This document shows positions 1 through 9,454 of a DNA stretch of 64,000 bases, piece by piece. Every line of letters begins with the position of its first letter. Position 1 is the stretch's first letter. This DNA comes from a virus: IMG/VR virus record IMGVR_UViG_3300018080_000004; one strand, written 5' to 3'. The notes below the pieces were generated by a model, which searched no databases, had not been told where the DNA came from, and saw only the letters and a list, made by a program, of their open reading frames with translations. A program made the translations under genes and the position numbers.

Positions 1-20
1 AGCAGCACAAGGAGGGTAGC

Positions 21-284
21 ATGAAAAGGGCAATTCTCATGATGGCCCTCTTCGCGCTCATCTTGGGGCTGTGCGGCTGCCCTACGATCTCCCAGGAGGT
101 CAAGGACGAGGTGCACCTGAGCTATCTCCGGCAGGAAAAGTACGTCTCCCTCATGGACGACGGAAAAACCACGCCGGAGCAGGACCAGAAGATGCTCAGG
201 GCGAACCTCTCGGTCTTCGCCGCGCTCGACCTCAAGATCAATGAGAACGAGGAGGCCAAGAAGCACCTCAAGGAGGCCCCATGA
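21..284 (+). CDS. Small lipoprotein (possible lysis/spanin-type accessory)
   Basis: SD AGGAGG; basic N-terminus, hydrophobic stretch and lipobox-like LCGC. Confidence 0.65.
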   Translation: MKRAILMMALFALILGLCGCPTISQEVKDEVHLSYLRQEKYVSLMDDGKTTPEQDQKMLRANLSVFAALDLKINENEEAKKHLKEAP

Positions 285-670
285 GCGAGATCACCGAGAA
301 GTGGTTCGATGAGCTCATGGCGAAGGCCAAGGAGCGCCTCGACGGGGTGGCGAACGCGGGGTCGCGCCGGGCCGCAAGCTCGGCGCTGTCGGTTCTCGAA
401 CAGAACAAGAAGGGCCTCGTGGCCCTGGGCGAGAGCAACGTCATGGAGTTCCTGGGACTCCTCGGCCGGGGCGAGAAGCTCAGGGCGAAGGAGTTCTTCA
501 TCGAGAAGACCCAGGACCCGGACGCCCTCATCGCCGCCATGGAATCGGGAGCCGACGCCATCGCCTCCGCCCCGGACGTGGACTGGACGAAGGTCGCCAC
601 CTCGATCCTCGTGAACCTGGGGGAGATCGGGGCCAAGACCGCGCTGGCGTTTCTCATCGGGCTCATCTGA
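281..670 (+). CDS. Hypothetical protein with hydrophobic C-terminus
   Basis: ATGA overlap with upstream gene, SD AAGGAGG, typical codon bias. Confidence 0.65.
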   Translation: MSEITEKWFDELMAKAKERLDGVANAGSRRAASSALSVLEQNKKGLVALGESNVMEFLGLLGRGEKLRAKEFFIEKTQDPDALIAAMESGADAIASAPDVDWTKVATSILVNLGEIGAKTALAFLIGLI

Positions 671-692
671 GGTCCAAGGGGGGAAAAACAAG

Positions 693-1307
693 ATGGGGTA
701 CAGGTCGAAGCACAATACGGATTACTTCACCAGGATCGACACGGCCGAAAAAGCGTATTGGCTGGGATTCATCACGGCCGACGGGTGCGTGACTACTCTG
801 AACAGGGTGAAGATCATGCTCTCCGACGGCGACGTGGCCCACCTGCGAAAATTCCAACGGGCCGTCGGTTCGACGAACAAGATTGACAGGGGCCGTCCCG
901 GAACGGCTGCCGTCGTCTTGAAGGCGGAGGAGACCGTGGCCGCGCTCAGGTCCTTCGGGATCGGGGAACGGAAAACGTGCAGAGTGGGACCGGCGAATCT
1001 TCCGGAGAGGCTTGTCCCCCACTTCTGGCGCGGTGTCTTCGACGGGGACGGCTGTCTGAACTATGACAAGGCAAACCGGCGCTGGAGGCTCGCCCTAACG
1101 GGAAACAGGCCGCTTGTGGATGCCTTTGCACGGTACGTCCAGGAACTTTGCGGCTACTCCAGCAAGGTGTTTTACCAGGGGAGGGCGTGGAGGTTCTTCG
1201 TGAGCAGGAAGGTGGCCGTCAAAGCGGTCATACGAAAGCTTTACGAAGGAGCCGAACCCGTCCTCGACCGGAAGATGGACAGCGCCCACTGCATTCTGTC
1301 GTGGTGA
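693..1307 (+). CDS. Free-standing double-motif LAGLIDADG homing endonuclease
   Basis: Motifs AYWLGFITADG and HFWRGVFDGDG. Confidence 0.88.
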   Translation: MGYRSKHNTDYFTRIDTAEKAYWLGFITADGCVTTLNRVKIMLSDGDVAHLRKFQRAVGSTNKIDRGRPGTAAVVLKAEETVAALRSFGIGERKTCRVGPANLPERLVPHFWRGVFDGDGCLNYDKANRRWRLALTGNRPLVDAFARYVQELCGYSSKVFYQGRAWRFFVSRKVAVKAVIRKLYEGAEPVLDRKMDSAHCILSW

Positions 1308-1346
1308 AATGTCCCGAAGCGTTGCTGTCAAAGCGACGCCCCACCC

Positions 1347-1385
1347 GAACCCCGTCGGCCCGGACCGGCGGGGTTCCTATTTTCT
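1347..1385 (+). terminator. Probable intrinsic terminator
   Basis: GAACCCCGTCGG-loop-CCGGCGGGGTTC followed by CTATTTTCT. Confidence 0.55.
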
Positions 1386-1395
1386 CAATTTTCCG

Positions 1396-1424
1396 TTGAC
1401 AAGCGGGACACGATAGCCTAAGAT
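1396..1424 (+). promoter_or_regulatory. Sigma70-type promoter of the conserved-spacer family; probably gives a leaderless UDG mRNA
   Basis: TTGACA-17 bp (AGCGGGACACGATAGCC)-TAAGAT; ATG 6 nt after -10, no SD. Confidence 0.7.
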
Positions 1425-1430
1425 ACGGCC

Positions 1431-2276
1431 ATGAACTTCACCGTATGCCGCTATAAGGTGCTTGGAGAGGCCCTCCAGAGGACGGCGATCTTCCCAGGTT
1501 TCGTCGCGCCGCGTGGAGAGCCCATCCAGAAATTTTTCACGCGCACCCGGCCAGAGCACGGCGTGGGCGAGTGGGCAGTCAGGCTCCACGATTTCGCCGA
1601 CGGATACCCGACCTTCCGGGAGACCTACGCCTACTGGTCCAAGTGCTCGGACTGCTCTCTCGCGGCGCAGGCCCACAAGCGCGTCTTCTACCGGGGTTCC
1701 CTGGACGCCGAAATCGTGCTCGTCGGCGAGGCGCCGGGCCAGGACGAGGACCGGGTGGGCGTTCCGTTCGTGGGACGTTCCGGTCTCTTTCTGGACCACC
1801 TGCTTGAGGCCGCCGGGTTCGATCCCGTCGAGGTCCTCATCGCCAACCCTGTCCTGTGCCGCCCGGTGGGGCCCTCCGGGAAGGACCGAAAGCCGACACC
1901 GACAGAGATCGCCGCGTGCGTCAAGCATCTGCGGCAGCTTCTCGACCTCGTGGCTCCGCGCTGGGTCGTGCTCATGGGGGCGACGGCGCGGGACACCTTC
2001 ACGGACGGCTCCCCGGCGTGGGAGAGCTACTTCTCCATCGGAATCCCTACCCGGTTCGCACTGATTCATCACCCTTCGTGGTATCTCCGGAGCGGGGGCA
2101 GGGAGGTAAAGGAGTACGGGAAGGCCCTCGCCCTCTTCTCCTTCCTCAAGAAGCGCCTGGACTCCGACCGTAAGCGCGTACGGCCCGTCACGGACTGGGG
2201 GAGGGTACTCTGGCCCGCTGTCGAGCGGGGAATCGCCCACTGCAAGGCTGACAAGGTTTTCAAGGGGGAGGCATGA
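1431..2276 (+). CDS. udg: Uracil-DNA glycosylase family 4 (Fe-S type)
   Basis: CSDC, LVGEAPGxxEDxxGxPFVGRSG, CRP, HHPS motifs. Confidence 0.9.
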   Translation: MNFTVCRYKVLGEALQRTAIFPGFVAPRGEPIQKFFTRTRPEHGVGEWAVRLHDFADGYPTFRETYAYWSKCSDCSLAAQAHKRVFYRGSLDAEIVLVGEAPGQDEDRVGVPFVGRSGLFLDHLLEAAGFDPVEVLIANPVLCRPVGPSGKDRKPTPTEIAACVKHLRQLLDLVAPRWVVLMGATARDTFTDGSPAWESYFSIGIPTRFALIHHPSWYLRSGGREVKEYGKALALFSFLKKRLDSDRKRVRPVTDWGRVLWPAVERGIAHCKADKVFKGEA

Positions 2277-4468
2277 GCAGCACCGACCCGGCCGCCATCC
2301 GGGAAGACATCCGGAAGCGCACAGGCATCGAGCTCCCATTCGACCCGAACCCCATACAGGTGGCGGGGTGGGACGTGCTTCCGGAGCACGAGGAGAACAT
2401 CGTCGTGGCGACCCAGGCATCCACCGGCAAGACCTTCTTCCTGGAGCTCGCCATGGCCCTGGGCGGTGGTGGCGTCTACGTTACGCCCACCAAGGCGCTC
2501 TGCGAGCAGAAGTTCGACGACTGGACCCGGCCGGGCCACCCGTTCGGGGAGTCCATCGTCGTGAAGACCGGCGACCACCCCACAGACAACGCGAAGCTTC
2601 TCGGCCGCCGGAAGTACCGCCTCATGACACCGGAGGCGTTTGGGAGCGCCACCCGGAACCTGAACACGAACCTGTGGCTCAGGGACCTCCGGGTGCTCGC
2701 GCTCGACGAGATACACCACTTCGGAAGTGAGGGGCGCGGGCACAAGCTCGAAGCGGCCCTCGTGGACTTCTTCTCGACTTTCCAGAACTGCCGAGTGATC
2801 GCCGCCAGCGCCACGCTCCCGAACGCCAAGGAGATCGGCACGTGGCTCACACGCCTGAACGGCCGCGAGACCTACGTCATCGAGTCGCCCTGGAGGCCCC
2901 AGCCTCTTTACAAGCACTTCGTCCCCTTCACCTTCCTCTTGGGTTCGGGGGCCTATTTCGTGAACGAGATGGAGCTCGTGCACACGGCCGCCCAGATCGC
3001 CCTCTCGAAGCCGGACGAGAAGTTCATCCTCTTCGTCCACACCAAGAACGCCGGGTGGAAGCTCAAGAAAGCCCTCGAAGAGGACGGCGTGCACTCCGAG
3101 TTCCACAACGCGGACCTGAACCTCCAGAAGCGGAAGGACCTGGAGGAACGATTCACCCACGGAGACCTCCGGGTCCTCATCGCTACCTCGACCGTCGCGG
3201 CCGGGTGTAATTTCCCGGCCCGAAATGTAGTCGTGTGCGGGGTCTACCGGGGCAAGTCCGACGTGGACGCCCGCGACCTCATCCAGATGGGCGAGCGGGC
3301 CGGGCGCCCCGGCTTCGATCCGAAGGGGGACGCCTACTACCTGCTCCCGTCCCACGCGGTGGACCAGTGGAAGGAGCGCCTCGCGGCGCCCCCTCCTATC
3401 GAGTCGAAGATCAATGAGATCAGCAACCTCGCTTTCCATCTCATCGCCGGGATCGCCAAGGGCCGGGTGACGAACGAGGCCGAGCTGGAGGCGTGGTTCT
3501 CCAAGACCTTCGCGTTCCACGCCGGAGAGCCCGTAACGGAGGCCAAGCACATTATTGACCGGCTCCTCAAGGCGCGGGCGGTCGTCGTCGAGGACGGGAA
3601 GTGGGAGGCAACGGCCCTCGGCCGGGCCGCCGCGAACTTCTACTATGATCCCTTCGACATCTTCTCGTGGCACGCGAACTTCATGCGCCTCAAGTCGGTC
3701 GGGCTCACCAACCCGAAGAAGGTGCCGGACATCGTGCTCGCCTGGGCCATCGGGAACGCCCCCTCCGGTGCCACGGACTACGTGGCGAAGGACTGCCAGC
3801 CCCTCGTGGGGAGCACCCAGGACCGGCTCGAACACGTCTCGATGCAGCTCGGCCTCGGCCTCGTGTCCCTCAATACCGGCGTGGGGATCACTGCGGCCTA
3901 CTCCGCGCTCCAGAACCCGGAAGAGTTCCCCGACGACGACCTCCCTGGCGGCATCCGGTTCGCCATGTTCAACCTCCAGAACGACGCCGAGCGCATCGCG
4001 GCCGTCATGCTCTACGTGGACAGCGCCACGAAGCTCGGCATGCGCGACGTTATCGAGGAGACCCTCCTCCGGATCAAGTACCGGGTGCCCCCGGAGGCCG
4101 TCGAGGTCTGCAAGATCAAGTACGTGGGCCGGGCGCGGGCCCTCGTCCTCCTCCAGCACGGCATCAAGGACGCTAAGGGGGTGGTCGATGGTGCCGAGAT
4201 GGTGGTGAAGCTCTTCGGGGAGTTCGGTTCCAGGATCGTGGACGACGCCGAGCGCATCGCGGCCAAGCAGGGGTACTCGAATCCGAAGTTCGCCACCCAC
4301 CAGTGGGCGAAAAAATCGAAGGAAAAGGCAGACAAAGCCGCTCCGAAGAAAAAATCACCTAAAAAAGCAGCGAAAACAGGCCGAAAAAAGGGAGTAGGAC
4401 CCAAGAGCTGTGGAAAAAAGAAAGCGGTCAAGAAGCGTGCCAAACCAAGGAAGAAACGGACACCTTGA
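2273..4468 (+). CDS. Ski2-like SF2 DNA helicase (Hel308/Hjm type) with Lys-rich C-terminal tail
   Basis: STGKT, DEIH, SAT, ATSTVAAGCNFPAR, QMGERAGRPGFD; C-terminal HhH-like KIKYVGRARALVL. Confidence 0.88.
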   Translation: MSSTDPAAIREDIRKRTGIELPFDPNPIQVAGWDVLPEHEENIVVATQASTGKTFFLELAMALGGGGVYVTPTKALCEQKFDDWTRPGHPFGESIVVKTGDHPTDNAKLLGRRKYRLMTPEAFGSATRNLNTNLWLRDLRVLALDEIHHFGSEGRGHKLEAALVDFFSTFQNCRVIAASATLPNAKEIGTWLTRLNGRETYVIESPWRPQPLYKHFVPFTFLLGSGAYFVNEMELVHTAAQIALSKPDEKFILFVHTKNAGWKLKKALEEDGVHSEFHNADLNLQKRKDLEERFTHGDLRVLIATSTVAAGCNFPARNVVVCGVYRGKSDVDARDLIQMGERAGRPGFDPKGDAYYLLPSHAVDQWKERLAAPPPIESKINEISNLAFHLIAGIAKGRVTNEAELEAWFSKTFAFHAGEPVTEAKHIIDRLLKARAVVVEDGKWEATALGRAAANFYYDPFDIFSWHANFMRLKSVGLTNPKKVPDIVLAWAIGNAPSGATDYVAKDCQPLVGSTQDRLEHVSMQLGLGLVSLNTGVGITAAYSALQNPEEFPDDDLPGGIRFAMFNLQNDAERIAAVMLYVDSATKLGMRDVIEETLLRIKYRVPPEAVEVCKIKYVGRARALVLLQHGIKDAKGVVDGAEMVVKLFGEFGSRIVDDAERIAAKQGYSNPKFATHQWAKKSKEKADKAAPKKKSPKKAAKTGRKKGVGPKSCGKKKAVKKRAKPRKKRTP

Positions 4469-4493
4469 CGGCCGCGCAGAGCGAGGATAAGCT
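4465..4493 (+). promoter_or_regulatory. Possible sigma70 promoter
   Basis: TTGACG-17 bp-TAAGCT just upstream of ATG 4502. Confidence 0.4.
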
Positions 4494-4501
4494 GTCACCG
4501 T

Positions 4502-5386
4502 ATGCCCTCTGAAAAGATCATTTCGAGATTTCCGGCGCTTTTTTGGTCTCCAAAAGAGTTCGATACACCGGATCGAGGAGACGTGCGCCCCGTCCGGGCC
4601 CCGCTTCTGGACCGGGCCGACCTTCCTACGGCCTCCAAGACCGACACGGCGGCCTACCTGCACGATTACTTCACCTCTCGGCTCGAAAAGAGCGAGCTCC
4701 ACAACCCGCCTGCCGCCCCACCCATCGATGACTACCTCGTGGTGGGCGCGGACACCGGGGGCACGCCCTCGGTCAACATCTCCAAGGTGGGGTTGCCCCA
4801 GGTGCCGAAAGGGAAGCCCTCGGAGATGCTCCTTTTGGACGAAGTGAGCTTGCCGGAGGAGGTATTCGACCACGTGCAGAATCTCGCGGCCGAGATCGAG
4901 TCCAAGACGGGCATCAAACCCGACATTATTTCGCTCGGAAAAGACGTGGTGAAGAGCATGGAGGACCCGAACCACGTGGTCACGGTCAAAAAGGCATCCG
5001 AAGGCGCCTCTCCCGAAAAAAGTTCTCTCGCGCACGGGGACTTCGGACCCTCCCCTCTGGAGGATGCCATAGGCGTCATCAAGGAGCTGGAGTGGTTCCA
5101 GAAAAAGATCGCCGAAGGACTCGCGGTCCCCAAGGAGTTCTTCGTGGAGAGCACGCCGGGCGCCTGGAAGAGCTCCATGCTCGCGGGCCTCGTCATGAAG
5201 CACCACGGGTCGTGCGAAAACTGCAAGCATTTCGGGGGCGCCATCGTGGACCCTCTGGGGGGCGCCCCGGTGGTGGTGTCGTGCGGCCACGAGGCGGTTC
5301 CTGCCGACCTCGCGGCCAAGAAGTATGTGAAAGAAGCGGCCGGGAAGTATCAGTTCGTCTGTCTGGGGTTCGTACCGTGCAAGTAA
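4502..5386 (+). CDS. Hypothetical protein with portal-like segment and Cys-rich C-terminus
   Basis: ELEWFQKKIAEGLAVPKEFF resembles a T4 gp20-type portal motif; CENCKH...C...C. Confidence 0.6.
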   Translation: MPSEKIISRFPALFWSPKEFDTPDRGDVRPVRAPLLDRADLPTASKTDTAAYLHDYFTSRLEKSELHNPPAAPPIDDYLVVGADTGGTPSVNISKVGLPQVPKGKPSEMLLLDEVSLPEEVFDHVQNLAAEIESKTGIKPDIISLGKDVVKSMEDPNHVVTVKKASEGASPEKSSLAHGDFGPSPLEDAIGVIKELEWFQKKIAEGLAVPKEFFVESTPGAWKSSMLAGLVMKHHGSCENCKHFGGAIVDPLGGAPVVVSCGHEAVPADLAAKKYVKEAAGKYQFVCLGFVPCK

Positions 5387-5943
5387 CGGAGCAGAGTATC
5401 TTCGAGGCGCTCCTCTATTTCGAGTTCATTCCACGCCCCGTGGGCGGGGACGCTCGGATCGAGTCCGCCTACGACGAGGCTGCGAAGTGCACGGTCTTTC
5501 ACATTCTCTTCCCGGACCACCCCGCCCTCTCCGGGAGCATCTTCGTGGTGGCGAACATAGACCGCTACACGGGGGAGCCCTTCTCCCACCACGGGAAGGT
5601 GCTCTACGAACGGCCCGGAATTTCCATCACGAAAAAGGTCCCATACGGTGGTCCTTGGAGGCAGTACCTCCGCCGGGCGGTGGGGCTCGGCGTGGCGCTC
5701 GCCAGGGAGGACCTCAAGCCGAGGCCGAAGGTCTCGGACTTCCCCTCCATCGACACGTGGAGCGTAGCTGCCACGGAAGCGGACCAGTTCAATCAAAGCC
5801 AGATCAAGAGGGCCCGCTCCCGCTTCGCGGCGTACGACGAAAAACAGAGCATACAGGCCCGCAGAGGCTTCGAGCCCGGATGTATGGTCCAGGGAGCTCA
5901 ACGGGTTTCCCAGTGGCTCCAGTCTGCATGGATGGCGTCGTGA
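5377..5943 (+). CDS. Hypothetical protein
   Basis: 3' part of ORF 5092-5943; GTG start overlapping the end of the upstream gene. Confidence 0.55.
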   Translation: MQVTEQSIFEALLYFEFIPRPVGGDARIESAYDEAAKCTVFHILFPDHPALSGSIFVVANIDRYTGEPFSHHGKVLYERPGISITKKVPYGGPWRQYLRRAVGLGVALAREDLKPRPKVSDFPSIDTWSVAATEADQFNQSQIKRARSRFAAYDEKQSIQARRGFEPGCMVQGAQRVSQWLQSAWMAS

Positions 5944-6452
5944 TAAACGGCAAAGCAAGACCGATTAGCGGCAGCAAGGGAAAGCTCTTCCGAGCCGCCC
6001 GTCCAGGCTACCCCCTGGGGGAGGTCGGGAGACGTGCCGTCGAGACCACCATCGAGGGCTGGAAGGACCTGGGGATCACCCACGTAGTCTGTCTCCTGAC
6101 AGACGGGGAGCAGCTCTACTACTACGGCCGGGACCTCGTGCGCCTCTACCAGAAGGGAGGGCTCGTCGTCCTCCGCTTCCCCGTCCCCGACCACAAGCCC
6201 ATGCGCGTCGAGTTCGCCACAAGGCTCGCCGCCCAGGTGGCCGGGATACTCGAATCAAAAGGCAGCCGCGTGCTCGTCCACTGCTCCGCCGGGTGCGGGC
6301 GAACGAGCATGGCCCTCGGCTGCATCGCCTCCTACATGGCCCGACAGGGCCCGCTCCGCCTCGTGAAGGACACGGGAGTCCCACAGACCCGTGCCCAAGT
6401 CCAGGTCATCGCGGCGGTGGCGGCCCAGGAAGGGACGGCAGGAGGGGAATAG
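5928..6452 (+). CDS. Protein-tyrosine/dual-specificity phosphatase
   Basis: Catalytic HCSAGCGRT (HCx5R) and FPVPD loop; start 5928 or GTG 5940. Confidence 0.88.
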   Translation: MDGVVINGKARPISGSKGKLFRAARPGYPLGEVGRRAVETTIEGWKDLGITHVVCLLTDGEQLYYYGRDLVRLYQKGGLVVLRFPVPDHKPMRVEFATRLAAQVAGILESKGSRVLVHCSAGCGRTSMALGCIASYMARQGPLRLVKDTGVPQTRAQVQVIAAVAAQEGTAGGE

Positions 6453-6465
6453 CACAGGAGGATCA

Positions 6466-7560
6466 ATGCACAGGAACGACTTCCCCCTCAGCCCCTCGTT
6501 CCAAGAGTCCGACTACTTCCAGACAGTCATCCGCCCGGCCGGGGCCTACCTCTACGCCAAGCTCCGCCGCATCGCCCTCCGGGAGGCCCTGCCCGACGAC
6601 GTGTGCCACTCCCTGGGTGATCGGTGCGTCGCGGCCTGCACGACCTTCGCCGCCCTCGCGGCGCAGACGGGGGTGTCAGTGAAGACGGTCCAGCGGCAGC
6701 TCAACTTGCTCGAACGGGAGCACTGGATCAAGCGCGTCGAGCGGCCTGGGCTCCCGTCGGCTTACGTGCTCGCGGACGCCGGGGGGTACTTCGCCGACCG
6801 GGCCGTCCAGGCACTCGGCATCGGCCGCGTTTACGACGACCCAGGTCAACCCAGGTCAACCCAGGTCAAAATGACCTCGGTGTCTGCACCGCTCCCTGGC
6901 GCCCACGGGCTCCGAGGGAGGAAAAAGGGGCTTCCCAAAAGCTCCGGCGCAAGCTGCGCCGCCGAGGAGGGTTGCGGGGTTTGCCCCAGCTTTCCGAAGG
7001 ACATTTTCGGACCTAACCCAGGTCAATTTGACCTGGGTGTCTGGAACAATAATAAGAGAGATACTAATAGCTATCTCTCTAATGAAGATGTTTCTATTTC
7101 GGATGCAGACACCCAGGACAATTTGACCGGGGTCCCGAACCCGCTCGCCGAGCGCAAGCGCCCCTGGGGAACCCTTCCCCTCTCGCGGTGGGGGTACTCG
7201 ACGCTCTGGAACATGATCTTCGACCGGCTTCTCGAAAGCGGCATCGCTCCCGTCACCATGGACGAAAAGGCACGGGCGAAGCTGCGGGCCCTCGTGAAGT
7301 CCTACCCGATGGACGAGCTCCGCCGGGTGGGCGAGTTCTTCGCCGACCGCTACCGGGAACTCCGCAAGGCATACGACTGGCGCGGGTCCCCCAGCGGCCG
7401 TCTATTCGGTGGGTGGTACACGGTCATCCGTGAGCACGCGGACGGCCGCCCGATCACCCCCCGGAACAAGAAGGAGAACAAGGACCGAGGGTCCCAGTCC
7501 ATGGACGACATTCCGAGCATTAGGCCGTTCAAGGGGAGCCGGAAACATGAGACGCCGTGA
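6466..7560 (+). CDS. Replication initiator with N-terminal HTH (lambda O/DnaD-like)
   Basis: SD AGGAGG; LAAQTGVSVKTVQRQLNLLE HTH; internal iterons; followed by DnaC-like and DnaB genes. Confidence 0.72.
   Translation: MHRNDFPLSPSFQESDYFQTVIRPAGAYLYAKLRRIALREALPDDVCHSLGDRCVAACTTFAALAAQTGVSVKTVQRQLNLLEREHWIKRVERPGLPSAYVLADAGGYFADRAVQALGIGRVYDDPGQPRSTQVKMTSVSAPLPGAHGLRGRKKGLPKSSGASCAAEEGCGVCPSFPKDIFGPNPGQFDLGVWNNNKRDTNSYLSNEDVSISDADTQDNLTGVPNPLAERKRPWGTLPLSRWGYSTLWNMIFDRLLESGIAPVTMDEKARAKLRALVKSYPMDELRRVGEFFADRYRELRKAYDWRGSPSGRLFGGWYTVIREHADGRPITPRNKKENKDRGSQSMDDIPSIRPFKGSRKHETP
6839..7133. repeat. Iterons/palindromes of a putative replication origin inside the initiator gene
   Basis: ACCCAGGTCA x3 tandem at 6839-6868; palindrome ACCCAGGTCAATTTGACCTGGGT 7016-7038; variant 7111-7133; AT-rich tract ~7045-7100. 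Confidence 0.75.
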
Positions 7561-8167
7561 GCTTCAACCGGAGCGCAAGTATCCCGTCACCGAGGAAGTC
7601 CTCATCAATTCCGGGGTCCCCCGGAAGTTCTGGGAGGCTTCCCTCTCCGCCATCGAGGGCGACCCGGAGTACCGGAGGCTCATCCTCGACTACATGGAGG
7701 TCATCCACGAGCACGTCGCCGAGGGCCACGGCCTTCTCCTTCGCGGCGGATACGGGAGCGGGAAGACCTCCCTGGCGGTCGTCCTCCTCAAGGAAGTAAT
7801 CCAGCGGGGAGGCATCGCCCACTTCGTCCAGTCGAGGGACCTCCCGGCGGTCTACTTCGACAGCGCCACCATAGACCGCTCCTTCGACGAACCCATCGTC
7901 ATCCGGGATAGAATCGCGGCGGCCAATCTCGTGGTGATCGACGATCTCGGCTCGGAGCCCTTCGACACCCACGGGAACGCCGGAGTGCTCATCGAGAACG
8001 TGCTCCGGGACAGGTACAACGATATTCAGACGGTCATCATCACCACGAATTGCAGCATGGGGGAGCTTCGCGCACGCTTCACGAAGGGCGTCGTGAGTCT
8101 TCTCTCCCGCATCACGACCGCCATCGACGTGGACACGGACCAGTGGCAGAAGCCCGAAGAGGAGTAG
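7547..8167 (+). CDS. dnaC: DnaC/IstB-like AAA+ helicase loader
   Basis: GGYGSGKT Walker A, VVIDDLG Walker B, IITTN. Confidence 0.85.
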   Translation: MRRRELQPERKYPVTEEVLINSGVPRKFWEASLSAIEGDPEYRRLILDYMEVIHEHVAEGHGLLLRGGYGSGKTSLAVVLLKEVIQRGGIAHFVQSRDLPAVYFDSATIDRSFDEPIVIRDRIAAANLVVIDDLGSEPFDTHGNAGVLIENVLRDRYNDIQTVIITTNCSMGELRARFTKGVVSLLSRITTAIDVDTDQWQKPEEE

Positions 8168-9454
8168 ATGGACATTGACTCGTATTACATCGGGACCCTC
8201 CTCGACCAGGGAGACCCGAAGCAGCTCAAGGGGGTCAAGAAGGACCTCTTCGACGAGGAGTGGCAGGGCGTCTATCAGTACGTGGTAGGCTTTCTCAAGA
8301 AGTACGGGCGCCTCCCGCGCATCGAGACCGTCGCGGCCCAGAAGGGTGTCGAGATCGAGGTCGGGTCGGAGCCCATCAAATACTACGCCGACGAGCTTCG
8401 GAACCGCTCGATCAAGAACGCCATGTCCAACGGCCTCCGGAAGGGGGTCTTCTCCTCCCTCGATCAGGACGACGTGCCCGGCGCTTTCCGGGGGCTCAAG
8501 GGGGTGGTGGCAGACCTCTCCCGGCGTTTCTACGCCAGCGCGGACACCGGCGCCGTTTCCCTTCGAGGGAACGTCCAGGAACGGGCGGCCTACTACCGAG
8601 AGCGCAAGAGCCTCAAGGGGGTCCTGGGACTGGAGACCCCGTGGCCCACGCTGACCCGCGTGACGGCCGGGTGGCAGGGCGGAGACGTTATCGTCTTCAC
8701 CGCCCGGCCGGAGATCGGAAAGACGTGGCTCTCCCTCATCACGGCCGTCTTCACCGCGCTCCAGGGCCACCGGGTCCTCTTCGCCTCGATGGAGATGAAG
8801 CCCAAGAAGGTGGGCATCCGGATGGATGCCATCGGGGCCCGCATCTCCTCGGACCGGTTCCGGCGCGGGGTGCTCTCGGCCGAGGAAGAAGAGCGCCTCA
8901 AGGTCTGGTACAAGCGGTGCCTCAAGGACGGTTCCATGGGTGAGTTCTTCGCCTACGGCCCGGCCGACGTGGAGAGCATCGTGGACCTGGAACTGAAAAT
9001 TCTGGAGGACAAGCCCGACCTCGTGATATGGGACTCCTACTACCTCGCTTCCGAGACGCCGGACTGGAAGGACATGGCCCAGCTCACGCGGGACTGCAAG
9101 CGCCTCGCGGAGCGCCACGACATCGACATCCCCATCATCCTCGTGACCCAGCTCCGGCGGACCGTCAAGAAGGGGGACAAGAAAGCGGACACGGCCGACC
9201 TCGCCTTCACTCAGGCCATCGTGAACGACGCCGACATCATCCTCTCCCTCTTCCGGACCTCGGACATGGAGAACCTGAGCGAGATGCTTGTCCGGTCCAT
9301 CAAAATCAGGGACGGCGTGAAGCTCAAGGAGCTCCTGCTCCGGTGGGACCTCGATACCATGAACTTCGAGGAGATATACGCCACCTTCACGGGCGGGAAG
9401 TCGGGCAAGCAATTCGGCAACACCGAGAAAAAGGGAGAGCCCGATGGTTCCTAA
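8168..9454 (+). CDS. dnaB: Replicative DNA helicase, DnaB family
   Basis: ARPEIGKT, SMEM, VIWD, VTQLRR, DADIIL motifs. Confidence 0.9.
   Translation: MDIDSYYIGTLLDQGDPKQLKGVKKDLFDEEWQGVYQYVVGFLKKYGRLPRIETVAAQKGVEIEVGSEPIKYYADELRNRSIKNAMSNGLRKGVFSSLDQDDVPGAFRGLKGVVADLSRRFYASADTGAVSLRGNVQERAAYYRERKSLKGVLGLETPWPTLTRVTAGWQGGDVIVFTARPEIGKTWLSLITAVFTALQGHRVLFASMEMKPKKVGIRMDAIGARISSDRFRRGVLSAEEEERLKVWYKRCLKDGSMGEFFAYGPADVESIVDLELKILEDKPDLVIWDSYYLASETPDWKDMAQLTRDCKRLAERHDIDIPIILVTQLRRTVKKGDKKADTADLAFTQAIVNDADIILSLFRTSDMENLSEMLVRSIKIRDGVKLKELLLRWDLDTMNFEEIYATFTGGKSGKQFGNTEKKGEPDGS

Noticed and set aside
671-1346. Group I intron around the LAGLIDADG gene
   Set aside because: The flanking genes are intact, the flanks are too short for a ribozyme core, and no P7-like elements are seen
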